A DNA stretch of 64,000 nucleotides from Trueperaceae bacterium (GTDB lineage Bacteria > Deinococcota > Deinococci > Deinococcales > Trueperaceae): NCBI GenBank assembly GCA_035703635.1, contig DASSXV010000044.1, positions 1 through 64,000 of the forward strand, in the 5' to 3' direction. How positions within the stretch are numbered: position 1 is the stretch's first letter; each line of letters opens with the position of its first letter. A model generated the notes under the pieces. That model was not told the DNA's origin. It worked only from the letters and a program-made list of their open reading frames with translations, and ran no database searches. Below are positions 18,854 to 28,363 of the stretch, piece by piece. Made by a program: the position numbers and the translations under genes.

Positions 18854-19867
18854 TTACAGCTTCACCACCACGCGCCCAACGACTTCGCCAGCGAGGAGCT
18901 TGGCGATCCACAGCTCGAGCTCGTCGAGCGCCACCGTCCGCACGAGTTCTTCATCCGCGAGGAGTCCTCTCAAGTGCGCGTCGGCCACCAAGCGCCCCCA
19001 CAACGTGTCGCGCATCTCGGAGCTAGCGTGCTGCGAGTCGATCCCCATGAGTGACACGCCCCGCAGGATGAAGGGGAAGACGCTGGTGGTCAGTTCGGCG
19101 CCGCCGACCATGCCGCATGAGGCGACGGCGCCGCCGATGGTCGTGTACTTGAGGAGGCCAGCGAGGGTGTCGCCCCCGACCGTGTCTACCCCACCCGCGT
19201 ACTTCGCTGCCAACAGCGGCCGCTTGTCTGGCGCCGCCAGCTCCTCGCGCCGCAGGGTGCTAGCGGCTCCAAGCCGTGCCAGCAAGGCGGCGGCCTCGGC
19301 CTTCCCGGTGCTGGCGACCACCTCGAAGCCTGCGCCCGCCAGCAGTGCTACCGCCATCGTTCCAACGCCACCGGACGCACCGGTCACTACGACCGGCCCG
19401 AGGCGCGGCGCAACGCCAGCTACTCCCAAACGCTCGACCGCGAGCGCTGCGGTGAAGCCGGCAGTACCGAGCGCCATGGCGTCCCTGGCAGAGAGGCCGC
19501 TCGGGAGCTTCACCAACCACTCAGCTGGCGTCCTAACGTACTCAGCCAGCCCACCTGGGGTGCCCATGCCTAGGTCGTAGCCCGTGCACAGGACCTCGTC
19601 GCCCGGAGCGAAGCGCGCGTCCCGCGACTCCACCACCGTGCCGGCCGCGTCGATGCCCGGCGTGTGCGGGTAGTTGCGGCTAACGCCCCGGTTGCCGGTG
19701 GCGGATAGCGCGTCCTTATAGTTGACGCTCGAGTAGCTAACTCGCACGGTAACGTCGTGGTCCGGCAAGGTCTCCCACGGAACGCGAGTGACGCCGCGCT
19801 GCACGGCTCCGTCGGTAACCGCAACGCGCAACGCCCGAAAACTTGCGGGTGCAACGAACTCGCTCAT
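18854..19867 (-). CDS. YhdH/AcuI-family NADPH quinone/acryloyl-CoA oxidoreductase
   Basis: YSSVNYKDAL, PGIDAAG, GTAGFTAAL, VTGASGGVG, PFILRGV.L.GIDS. Confidence 0.9.
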   Translation of the reverse strand: MSEFVAPASFRALRVAVTDGAVQRGVTRVPWETLPDHDVTVRVSYSSVNYKDALSATGNRGVSRNYPHTPGIDAAGTVVESRDARFAPGDEVLCTGYDLGMGTPGGLAEYVRTPAEWLVKLPSGLSARDAMALGTAGFTAALAVERLGVAGVAPRLGPVVVTGASGGVGTMAVALLAGAGFEVVASTGKAEAAALLARLGAASTLRREELAAPDKRPLLAAKYAGGVDTVGGDTLAGLLKYTTIGGAVASCGMVGGAELTTSVFPFILRGVSLMGIDSQHASSEMRDTLWGRLVADAHLRGLLADEELVRTVALDELELWIAKLLAGEVVGRVVVKL

Positions 19868-19930
19868 GGCTAATGCTAGCCCGGAACCGTGAAACAACAG
19901 CCCTGGGGCCCGTTAGGTAAACTGACCGTC

Positions 19931-20572
19931 ATGAACTCTCAACGCCTAACGTTGATCACGGTCGTCATCGCTGTGCTGGTAGTGCTAGCCGCCGTAATCG
20001 TGCCCCGCCTCGGCCCGAGCGCAACTCCGGCCACAGCCGAGATCGATTACGCGTCACAGCCGCACATAGGCAACCCCGACGCACCTGTCAAAGTGGCCGT
20101 GTTCTTCGACTTCCTCTGTCCGCACTGCGCTTCCTTCAGCGAGTCAGAGGCGCCCGCCATCATCCGCGATTTCGTCGACACCGGCATCGCGTCTTACTAC
20201 TACGTCAACTTCCCCGTGATCGACCCGGCCGTCCGTTCGCGCTACATGGCGGTCCTCGGCGAGTGCGTCTACCAGCAGAGCAACGATGCGTTCTTCACGC
20301 TCGAGCCGATCTTCATGCGCGCGCAGAACGACATCGCTCGCAACACGAGCCGGGCCCTCGACCTGGCAACCCAGTACGCTCCCGAACTCAACGCCGCGCA
20401 ACTACGCACCTGCGTCTCGACGAGCGCGACGGGCCCAGACGTCAACGCAGACGAGGCCGCCGCCCGCGCAGCACGCATCACCGGCACCCCGTCCGTGCTC
20501 GTGAACGGCGTCCTCGTCTCCAACCCATCCTTCGCAGCGATCAGCAGCGCCATCGAGGCCGCAGCGAAGTGA
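19931..20572 (+). CDS. dsbA: Membrane-anchored DsbA/BdbD-type thiol-disulfide oxidoreductase
   Basis: N-terminal TM, G.PDAPV....F.DF.CPHC, cis-Pro loop GTPS. Confidence 0.88.
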   Translation: MNSQRLTLITVVIAVLVVLAAVIVPRLGPSATPATAEIDYASQPHIGNPDAPVKVAVFFDFLCPHCASFSESEAPAIIRDFVDTGIASYYYVNFPVIDPAVRSRYMAVLGECVYQQSNDAFFTLEPIFMRAQNDIARNTSRALDLATQYAPELNAAQLRTCVSTSATGPDVNADEAAARAARITGTPSVLVNGVLVSNPSFAAISSAIEAAAK

Positions 20573-20982
20573 CCCAGGGCCAGGTTGGCCGCCTCTACCT
20601 GGCCTGGCTGGTGGCCATCGTCGCCACGCTAGGCTCGCTCTACTTCAGTGAGATCAGGCATTTCGTGCCGTGTGTACTCTGCTGGTACCAGCGCATCCTC
20701 ATGTACCCATTAGTGCTGCTACTCGGGATCGCCACATTCCGTAAGGACGCCGGTGTCGTCAAGTACGCGCTGCCGCTGTCGATCCTCGGAGTTCTCGTCG
20801 CGGGCTACCACGTGCTCATCGAGCAGTTCCCGTCGCTAGGCTCCTCCGTGTGTTCTTCCGGCGTGCCTTGCAGCCTCAAGTACATCAACTGGCTCGGCTT
20901 CATCACGATCCCGACTCTGTCACTCGCCGCGTTCGTGATCATCTGCGTGCTGCTCATCACGGCAACACGCCGTTCCAACTGA
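20569..20982 (+). CDS. dsbB: Disulfide bond formation protein DsbB/BdbC
   Basis: GSLYFSE....[13 protein letters not shown], second Cys pair C....PC, GFITIP; GTGA overlap. Confidence 0.93.
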   Translation: MTQGQVGRLYLAWLVAIVATLGSLYFSEIRHFVPCVLCWYQRILMYPLVLLLGIATFRKDAGVVKYALPLSILGVLVAGYHVLIEQFPSLGSSVCSSGVPCSLKYINWLGFITIPTLSLAAFVIICVLLITATRRSN

Positions 20983-21026
20983 GTCGATCGCCTACCAACC
21001 GACAGGCGCCGAGGCCCGCACCGCAA

Positions 21027-21431
21027 CTAGGTGCGGGTCTTGCCGTGCTCATCGTCTCGGGTAACGAAACCGGCCGCCCACTGCCACCACAGCCACCAAC
21101 CCTTGACCGGTCGGTAGAGGACCACGACGAACAAGGTCCCGGCGCCAGCAAGCACCCACTCGAGCCCCTCGAAGAGGCCGTAATTGAGGATGAGCACTAG
21201 CGCGAGGACGAGGAGCAACATGGTGGCCGCTACGTAAGTAAGCACCCAGGAGCCAAGCCACGAACCGGACTCGCGTTCGAAGCGCACCCCGCACCGCGTG
21301 CAGGTTGGCCTCACGCTCCACAACGTGGCGAACGCCCCGGGAACGCCACAGTTCGGACAGCGGCCCAGCATGGCACCCCACATGGCGCCGAGGTCACGCC
21401 AGCGCGAGCTGGCTGGAACGCGCTCACTCAT
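21027..21431 (-). CDS. DUF983-like membrane protein with zinc ribbon
   Basis: RCPNCG...F......C..CG then two TM segments and RPVKG. Confidence 0.75.
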   Translation of the reverse strand: MSERVPASSRWRDLGAMWGAMLGRCPNCGVPGAFATLWSVRPTCTRCGVRFERESGSWLGSWVLTYVAATMLLLVLALVLILNYGLFEGLEWVLAGAGTLFVVVLYRPVKGWWLWWQWAAGFVTRDDEHGKTRT

Positions 21432-22309
21432 GGCTCTGGCGACGAACTGATCGTCTGTTCCATGATCGGGAGCGCGAAGCGCTCGGCACCGAGACGCTTG
21501 TACTCTTCCCAGCCGCGCCAATTGCGCTCCAGCCTGCCCTCCTCGCAACGCATGAGGAACGGCACCATGTAGGAGCGGGCGTGAACGAGTTCGTCGCGGA
21601 AGATGTGAGCAGAAAGGCCACCAGTGTCGAGCAGGCCCGTCGTGGCGTACGCCGCAACGGCGCTCTCGAGGTCGTACGGCACGCGCCTGAACTCCGCGCT
21701 CCACCCGCCGCCTTGCAGGGTGAGGACGAGATACTGCGCCCGCGGGTCGCCGTTGAATGGCGCCCCGACCGAACCGGTGTTCATGACGGTGTAGCGCGCC
21801 CAGCGCTGTAGGTGCGGCCGGTGCGTGTGTGACCCGATGAGCACGTCGGCTGGGTAGTCCTCGACTATCTCGGAGATCATCTCCGGCGTCAGCGACGGCC
21901 CGTAACCCTCGCGGTAGTGACGCGGGCTGCCGTGGGAGATGAGCAAGCTCGCAGAGTCAGGCTCACTGATCCTCACCGTCATCGGCAGCTCCTTGACGGC
22001 GGCAAGGTAGCCACCGGCGGCGAGGTTCTCAGCGGTCACGCGCGTCGCGGCCCAGAACGGGTCGTCCAACGTGTCACCGAGGTCCGGGTTGCGGTCATGC
22101 ACCATTACCATGAGGTCATCGTGGTTGCCGAGCGTGGCCTCTAACGCGCGCCCAGCCAACAGGCGTGCCACCTCCACGCTTTGGGGGCCACGATTGACGG
22201 AGTCGCCGTTTACGATCACGCGGTCTACCCCGATCCGCCCGATGTCAGCGAGGACAGCTTCTAGGGCGGGTAGGTTCCCGTGAACGTCGGCGAGGATCGC
22301 GATGCGCAC
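21428..22309 (-). CDS. Calcineurin-like metallophosphoesterase
   Basis: D.HGN, GD, GNHD, HGSP, HTH.P, NTGSVG; TACTAT 7 nt before GTG 22309. Confidence 0.9.
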   Translation of the reverse strand: MRIAILADVHGNLPALEAVLADIGRIGVDRVIVNGDSVNRGPQSVEVARLLAGRALEATLGNHDDLMVMVHDRNPDLGDTLDDPFWAATRVTAENLAAGGYLAAVKELPMTVRISEPDSASLLISHGSPRHYREGYGPSLTPEMISEIVEDYPADVLIGSHTHRPHLQRWARYTVMNTGSVGAPFNGDPRAQYLVLTLQGGGWSAEFRRVPYDLESAVAAYATTGLLDTGGLSAHIFRDELVHARSYMVPFLMRCEEGRLERNWRGWEEYKRLGAERFALPIMEQTISSSPEP

Positions 22310-22360
22310 GACCCCGATAGTACCAAGTTGCACAACCTCGGCCCTACCCTGGGCGACCTG

Positions 22361-23251
22361 CTAAGCGCGGTGGAGATCGGCCGCCAGCGCCTCTTCTACG
22401 GCGCTGCGCATGACGCCAACGGGTGCCGTCACGTTCGTCCACGCCTGGAACGCGAGCGCTCCCTGCCCCACGAGCATGGCAACACCGTTCTGGTGCCTGA
22501 GCCCGAGGGCGGCGGCGGCTGCCAGCAGCGGCGTGACAGCCGGGCGATAGACGAGGTCAGACACCACGACGCTCGGGGCGAAGCGCTCGAGGTGCGCGCG
22601 CGTCAAGAGGGGCAGATCCGCGGGCGCCTTGCCGCCTTCCATGCCGACGCTCGTGCTGTTGACCACCAAGTCGGGCTCGACATCATCGAGCGCGCCGACC
22701 TTGGCCTTGCCGCTAGGCAAACCCGCCGCGACCAGACCGGCGAGCAGGTCAGCAGCGCGGGACTCGTCGCGGTTGACGATAACGACGTCGCCGCCAAGCG
22801 CCACGAGCGCCCACACCACCGCCCGCGCGGCGCCGCCCGCGCCGAGCACCAGGGTCCTGAAGCCCCCGCTCCGGAACTCCGGGGCTAGTTCCAGGAGCCC
22901 CGAGACGAAGCCCGCGCCGTCGGTGTTGCTCCCTACGAGCTGGCCTCCCTCGTTGACGACCGTGTTGACGGCGCCAAGCGCGGTCGCCTCCGGCGTCATG
23001 CGATCGACTAGCTTCGTGATGGCCTGCTTGTGCGGAACCGAAACGTTGGCGCCAAGCACGCCGTCGCGCCTTAGGTCGGCGGCGGCCGCCGCCAGCGCGG
23101 CGGGCGCCACGTCGCGGGCAGTGTAGGTGGCGGCGATACCGACGGCAGCGAAGGCCGCATTGTGCATGGCAGGGCTAAGCGAATGGCCGGCGGGATGAGC
23201 GAGAAGGAACACCCGCTTGCCACGCCCCACCTCGGTTGGGTCAGCCGTCAC
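22361..23251 (-). CDS. aroE: Shikimate dehydrogenase
   Basis: HSLSP.MHN, G.NVS.PHK, GAVNT, NTDG.G, GAGGAA, DLVY.P. Confidence 0.96.
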   Translation of the reverse strand: MTADPTEVGRGKRVFLLAHPAGHSLSPAMHNAAFAAVGIAATYTARDVAPAALAAAAADLRRDGVLGANVSVPHKQAITKLVDRMTPEATALGAVNTVVNEGGQLVGSNTDGAGFVSGLLELAPEFRSGGFRTLVLGAGGAARAVVWALVALGGDVVIVNRDESRAADLLAGLVAAGLPSGKAKVGALDDVEPDLVVNSTSVGMEGGKAPADLPLLTRAHLERFAPSVVVSDLVYRPAVTPLLAAAAALGLRHQNGVAMLVGQGALAFQAWTNVTAPVGVMRSAVEEALAADLHRA

Positions 23252-24282
23252 GCCGCCAAGCCCATGGCCTGCGCCTCACGCGCTATCACCTCGATGGCCA
23301 GGTCAAGCTGCTCGTCGTTCACTTGATGGTGAGTAACGAGCCGCACCGTCGAAGGGCCCATGGTGTTGAAAGCGACACCGCTGGCGGCGCACCGCGCAAC
23401 CAACTCGTCCGCGCGCGCAACGCCAACGAACACCATGTTGGTCTGAACGGAAGCGAGGTCGATGGCCAGCCCCTGCACGCCGCCGAGCTCCTCGGCGAGG
23501 CGTCTAGCGCGGGCGTGATCGGCGTTCAGCAACGCCGGCATGCGCGTGAGCGCGATCAGGCCAGCCGCGGCCAGCACGCCGGCTTGGCGCATGCCTCCAC
23601 CTAGGAGTTTGCGGTAGCGGTGCGCCTCCGCGAGGAACGCGCGAGTGCCGAGCAGGAGGCTGCCAACGGGTGCGCCCAACCCCTTCGAGAGGCAGATTGA
23701 CGCTGAGTCGAAGCCGCGCGTCACGTCGCTGATGGGCACTCCAAGGGCGGCCGCGGCGTTGAAGGCGCGGGCGCCGTCGAGGTGGATGGGTAGCCCCTCG
23801 TCGCGCGCTACGGCCTGAATCTCGGCCGTGGTTGCCAGCGGCACGACCGTGCCGCCTGCCAGGTTGTGAGTGTTCTCTAGCGAGATCAGGCCGGTCGGTG
23901 CCTGGTGCACGCTGCGCCGGATGGCAGCGCGCACCCCGGCGGCGGAAGGGGCGCCGCCTGGCGCCTCGACCAGTCGGGGCAGGGCGCCAGAGATGACCGC
24001 CATGGCGCCGGGCTCGTACTCGTAGATGTGCGCGCCCATGGGCGCTATGACCTCCGCGCCACGCCTCACGTGAACGGCAAGCGCGATCTGGTTGCTCATC
24101 GTGCCAGTCGGCACGAACAGTGCCGCCTCGAAGCCGGTCAGCTCTGCGGCCGTCTCCTGCAAACGGTTGACGGTCGGGTCCTCGGCATAAACGTCGTCTC
24201 CCACGTCGGCGGCGGCCATGGCTGCACGCATCTCGGGCGTAGGGACGGTGACGGTATCTGAACGCAAGTCAACGGCGGGCAT
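23248..24282 (-). CDS. ltaE: Low-specificity L-threonine aldolase
   Basis: [44 protein letters not shown]. Confidence 0.95.
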   Translation of the reverse strand: MPAVDLRSDTVTVPTPEMRAAMAAADVGDDVYAEDPTVNRLQETAAELTGFEAALFVPTGTMSNQIALAVHVRRGAEVIAPMGAHIYEYEPGAMAVISGALPRLVEAPGGAPSAAGVRAAIRRSVHQAPTGLISLENTHNLAGGTVVPLATTAEIQAVARDEGLPIHLDGARAFNAAAALGVPISDVTRGFDSASICLSKGLGAPVGSLLLGTRAFLAEAHRYRKLLGGGMRQAGVLAAAGLIALTRMPALLNADHARARRLAEELGGVQGLAIDLASVQTNMVFVGVARADELVARCAASGVAFNTMGPSTVRLVTHHQVNDEQLDLAIEVIAREAQAMGLAA

Positions 24283-24306
24283 GCGCCATTCTAGTTCCGG
24301 GCACGC

Positions 24307-25698
24307 CTACACCCCGCGGGCGGCCCCGTAGCTCGGCGTGCCGGCAGCCTGGGCCACCTCACCGTCCGGCGCCTGGCGCTCAGCGTCGGCAGCGGCTAGC
24401 CACTCCTTGAAGGCCGCCAGCCCGCGGTGATACATGGCCTCGCGGCGCTCGCGCTTGCCCTGACCCTTCGTCTTAGCAGTGTCTGGCACGAGACCCCAGT
24501 TGGCGTTCATCGGCTGGAAGCCGTCCGGGTTCGCGCTGGACAGGTAACGCACCAGCCCACCTAGCATGCTGTCGGCTGGTGGCACGGTGCCGCCCAAGCC
24601 AAGCGCCGCGCGGGCCGCGTTCGTGCCTGCCAACCAGCCAGTGGCGGACGACTCGAGGTAACCCTCGGTGCCCGCCAAGACGCCTGCTACGAAGAGGCGC
24701 GGCTGCTCACGGGCAGCTAACGTCGGAGCAAGCAGGCGTGGGGCGTTCAGGTAGGTGTTGCGGTGCATGACGCCGTAGCGGACCACCTCGGCGTCCTGCA
24801 GTCCCGGGATGAGTTGCACGATGGTCTTCTGGTCGCCCCATTTGAGGCCAGTCTGGAAACCCACGAGTGACCACATGCGACCGTCGGCGTCCTCCTGCCG
24901 CAGCTGCGCGACGGCGTGGTAGCGCTTGCCCGTCTCGGGGTGCTCGAGGCCCACGGGTTTCATGGCCCCGAAGCGCAGCGTGTCGACCCCGCGCCGCGCC
25001 ACCTCCTCGATCGGGATGCAGCCCTCGAAGAACTCGAGCTTCTCCCAGTCGTGCGGCGTGTGAGCACGCGCGTTCTCGACCGCGGCGTGAAAAGCGCTGT
25101 ACTCCGGCTCGGTGAACGGCAAGTTGAGGTAATCGGCGGCTTGGTCGTAGCGCCCCTTGCGGTATGCAACGCTCATGTCGATAGAGTCGAAGGTCACCAC
25201 GGGCGCCGCCGCGTCGTAGAAACCTAGGAAGTCGCCGCCGAAGACGCGCCTGATGTCGTCCGCTAGGGCGTCCGACGTCAAGGGTCCGGTGGCGAGTACG
25301 ACGATGCCGTCCGGCACTCGCTCGAGCTCCTCGGTGTGCACCGTGATGAGCGGCTCGGCGCGCACGGCCCGTGTCACGGCAGCTGAGAACGCCTCGCGGT
25401 CCACCGCGAGCGCGCCGCCAGCAGGAACGCGGTTGGCGAGCGCGTTGGTCATGATCACACCGCGCGCGGCCGTCATCTCGGCCTGCAGGAGGCCCTTGGC
25501 GTTGCTCTCGCTCTCGCCGCCGAACGAGTTCGAGCAGACGAGCTCGGCGAAATCACCGGTGTGGTGGGCGGGCGTCAACTTGCCAGGGCGCATCTCGTAG
25601 AGGTCGACTGCCACTCCTAAACGAGCGGCGGCCAGCGCGGCCTCGCTGCCAGCCATGCCTGCGCCGACGACAGTGATGCGAGCGGGGTTGCTGTTCAT
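24307..25698 (-). CDS. trmFO: Folate/FAD-dependent tRNA m5U54 methyltransferase
   Basis: GAGMAGSEAA, ELVCSNS, YDAAAP, FFEGC.P.E, RYGVMHRNTY, FQPMNANWG. Confidence 0.97.
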   Translation of the reverse strand: MNSNPARITVVGAGMAGSEAALAAARLGVAVDLYEMRPGKLTPAHHTGDFAELVCSNSFGGESESNAKGLLQAEMTAARGVIMTNALANRVPAGGALAVDREAFSAAVTRAVRAEPLITVHTEELERVPDGIVVLATGPLTSDALADDIRRVFGGDFLGFYDAAAPVVTFDSIDMSVAYRKGRYDQAADYLNLPFTEPEYSAFHAAVENARAHTPHDWEKLEFFEGCIPIEEVARRGVDTLRFGAMKPVGLEHPETGKRYHAVAQLRQEDADGRMWSLVGFQTGLKWGDQKTIVQLIPGLQDAEVVRYGVMHRNTYLNAPRLLAPTLAAREQPRLFVAGVLAGTEGYLESSATGWLAGTNAARAALGLGGTVPPADSMLGGLVRYLSSANPDGFQPMNANWGLVPDTAKTKGQGKRERREAMYHRGLAAFKEWLAAADAERQAPDGEVAQAAGTPSYGAARGV

Positions 25699-25703
25699 GC
25701 GCG

Positions 25704-27182
25704 TCAGCGTAGCACCGCGCCCCCAAGGCCCAGCCATGCCAAGGCGACGTGGAAGAAGGCGTCGCTCGACCAGTAGGCGCCGTGGGCCGCCAGCGGGTTG
25801 CGCAGCGGCAACGTCACACGCTCGTCGACGTAGTAATGGTCCAGGCGGTCTGAGAGCAGGTCACCGGTAGCGTGTACTTGCCACCAACGCAGGTCCGTGA
25901 AAGGAAGCGCGTAAGGGGCGGCTTGGTACGGCCCGTAGTCGCGCAGACCGGGCCTGCGTCTCACGCCGTGGAGGAACGAGATCAATTGACTGCGCAACGC
26001 CTCGTCCTCGCCAGGTCGTTGTCTGAAGAAGTACGCGACCTTGTCGAGCGGCGAACCGAAGGTAAGGAGGCCGCGCAGGCGGCGAAGGTCGGAGGCCGCG
26101 TGGGCGTCTGGCGCTCTCGCCAGACGGTCGAGAACGTCGAGCGCGATCACGCTCCCAAGGGAGTGCCCAGCCAAGTACACCTCGTGGTAGTCGGCCTGCA
26201 GGAGGTCGCGCACGACGGCCTCGCCGTCGTCGAGCACTGCGCGGCGCGTGCGCGCGCGGGCAGACACGCGGTCACTCGTCACGTAAAGGGCGATGTCTGC
26301 GACGTGGGTGAGGAGGTAGTTGCGCGCCACCGCCAGCGCCGCGATGGCTAGCAGCCCGAGGCTAACGCCGGGCTCGGCGAGCAGCCCACCGCCAGCGGCC
26401 GCGTACTCCGCCACGAGTGGCGCAGTAAGGGCCGCCGCCCAGGCGGCCAGGCCAACGACCAGCGCTAGCGCCAACAGCGCTGGCCCGCGCCAACCCCCCG
26501 ACGCACTACCGAACATGCCAGGCCAGCCGCTGGCGGAGCCGAACGCGGCGTGGCGTCTAGCGACTCGCGCAGACTCCCACCCTGAGAGGAACATGTCCCG
26601 CCCTAGGGCAACGGCAGTGGCCGTGAGGCACACGAGGGCAAGGAGCAGTGCCGCCTCGCCGATGCTTGGTTGAGGCAACGCCCTACCGGCGGCCCCAATG
26701 GCGGCGAGTGCGGCGTCCGCCCGCGCGAGCACCGTGAGCAAGGCCAAGAGGAGCGCCGCGGCGCCAGCGGCCAGCGCGGCCACCTGCACCACTTGCATGG
26801 CGAGGGCGCGCGCGAGCTTCCTACCCGACGCCGCGTGCGCCAGGTACGGCACTTGGCGCCTGAAGTCGAGGCCGGCCACGCTCACCGCCAGCAGCCAAGT
26901 GAACGCCTCCCAGGCGCCGAGCCGCCCCACCGAGTACTCCGCCCAGTGGTACTCGATGACGTCGAGGGTGCTCCCCTCCCACTCGAGGCGCACGGCTGGA
27001 CGCAGGCGCCCACCGAGCGGCACGGTCAGCAACTTAGCGGGTCGCGGGGCGGCACCAGCCAAGGCCGCAGCCCTGGTTAGGCCCTGCGCGAAGGTGCCGA
27101 GAGTCCTCAACGGCGCCTGCTTGCCGATGCCATGAACCACAACGAGCGCGCTGCGGCGCTCCCCCACCTCTAAGTCGTGCAT
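25704..27182 (-). CDS. Putative alpha/beta-hydrolase with inserted transmembrane segments
   Basis: VVHGIG.Q, nucleophile elbow GHSLG, TFGSPL, D.LS, AH..YW; hydrophobic central block. Confidence 0.7.
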   Translation of the reverse strand: MHDLEVGERRSALVVVHGIGKQAPLRTLGTFAQGLTRAAALAGAAPRPAKLLTVPLGGRLRPAVRLEWEGSTLDVIEYHWAEYSVGRLGAWEAFTWLLAVSVAGLDFRRQVPYLAHAASGRKLARALAMQVVQVAALAAGAAALLLALLTVLARADAALAAIGAAGRALPQPSIGEAALLLALVCLTATAVALGRDMFLSGWESARVARRHAAFGSASGWPGMFGSASGGWRGPALLALALVVGLAAWAAALTAPLVAEYAAAGGGLLAEPGVSLGLLAIAALAVARNYLLTHVADIALYVTSDRVSARARTRRAVLDDGEAVVRDLLQADYHEVYLAGHSLGSVIALDVLDRLARAPDAHAASDLRRLRGLLTFGSPLDKVAYFFRQRPGEDEALRSQLISFLHGVRRRPGLRDYGPYQAAPYALPFTDLRWWQVHATGDLLSDRLDHYYVDERVTLPLRNPLAAHGAYWSSDAFFHVALAWLGLGGAVLR

Positions 27183-27248
27183 GGCTAACGATAGGCCGGC
27201 GCGCCATGTCGCTCACACGGCGCCGTGAAGCGGCATTACACTCAGGAC

Positions 27249-28358
27249 ATGACCAAGCATCTCGACTACCTACTGCGCAGCTGCGGTCGTGGACTGGCTG
27301 CGCTCATCGTGCTGATCGGCGTAGGTAGCGCCGTTGCGGCAGATCTGGCTCCTTGGCGAGCGCTGTACGCAGGCAACCTCGGGACGGAGGAGGTCATCGT
27401 CGACCTGCAACTCATGGCCGGCGAGGTCGCTCACGCGCGCCTGCTCCTCAACGGGCGCGAGCTGGTGCTCTTCGGCACCGGCACGGTTGTCGACGACAAC
27501 GCCATCGAGATCGACCTCGCCGTGGACGCCGGCCAGTACTCGCCGAGCATCGCGCTCCTCTACCTGGCGCTGCTGAACATGGACGAGACCATGCCGACCA
27601 TCATCGGTCACCTAAGCGGCACGCTGAACCCAACCTGGCAGGACGACGGCGCGACCCTCGACCTAGTGTTGACGCTGCCTGACGCCACCTTGAGTGGCGC
27701 CATCCCGCGCGTCGCTCAGCAGGCGTACTTGCGGCTGGACGAGGGACGGTTGGAGGCCGGAGCCGCGTGGCCCCGCTTCGGCGCCCCTGTACTGCGCGTC
27801 GTGGCCAACAGTCTCGAAGCGCAGGCGTACGACCAGGTCAGCACGTTCATAGCGGAGGGGCGCTCGTACGTCGACGACGACGGCCTCGGTTGGGGCTGGA
27901 CGAACGACGACTACGTCGACGTGCTTGGCGCGGCAGGCAACTACTTGAGCCTCCTGACCAGCAGCACGAACTACACGGGCGGAGCGCACCCTAACTCCTT
28001 CTACACCTCTGCCCTCTACGAGATCGGGCCAGACGGCGCGTCGGTCGTCGACCTGGAAGACCTGTTCGCAGAGGGCGCCGACTGGCAGACGGCCGTATTG
28101 GCGCTAGTCACCGCCGACCTCTTGCGCCAGGAAGCCGTGTGGATCGAGAACGAGACCGCGGTCGCGGTCTCGGACCTCACGACATTTGGGTTGGGCCCTG
28201 ACGGGCTGACGTTCGTCTTCGACCCGTACGCCATGGGGCCATACGTTCAGGGGGCCTTCATCGTCACCCTGCCGTATTCGGAGCTGACGGCGTTGATGGA
28301 GCCACGTGGTGCGCTGGCGGCGTTCGTCGCCCACCTGCCCGCGCACTTCTTCCGCTAG
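27249..28358 (+). CDS. Secreted DUF3298/RsiV-like protein
   Basis: Signal-like N-terminus; YTGGAHPN, L.DLF, F.PY.MGPY..G...V.LPY. Confidence 0.8.
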   Translation: MTKHLDYLLRSCGRGLAALIVLIGVGSAVAADLAPWRALYAGNLGTEEVIVDLQLMAGEVAHARLLLNGRELVLFGTGTVVDDNAIEIDLAVDAGQYSPSIALLYLALLNMDETMPTIIGHLSGTLNPTWQDDGATLDLVLTLPDATLSGAIPRVAQQAYLRLDEGRLEAGAAWPRFGAPVLRVVANSLEAQAYDQVSTFIAEGRSYVDDDGLGWGWTNDDYVDVLGAAGNYLSLLTSSTNYTGGAHPNSFYTSALYEIGPDGASVVDLEDLFAEGADWQTAVLALVTADLLRQEAVWIENETAVAVSDLTTFGLGPDGLTFVFDPYAMGPYVQGAFIVTLPYSELTALMEPRGALAAFVAHLPAHFFR

Positions 28359-28363
28359 CGCGG

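Noticed and set aside
18013-19026. 337-aa + strand ORF and similar long antisense or off-frame ORFs (e.g. 40340-41464, 50726-51751, 38523-39629, 55619-56545)
   Set aside because: They overlap well-supported genes, carry no recognisable motifs, and are expected from stop-codon scarcity at high GC.
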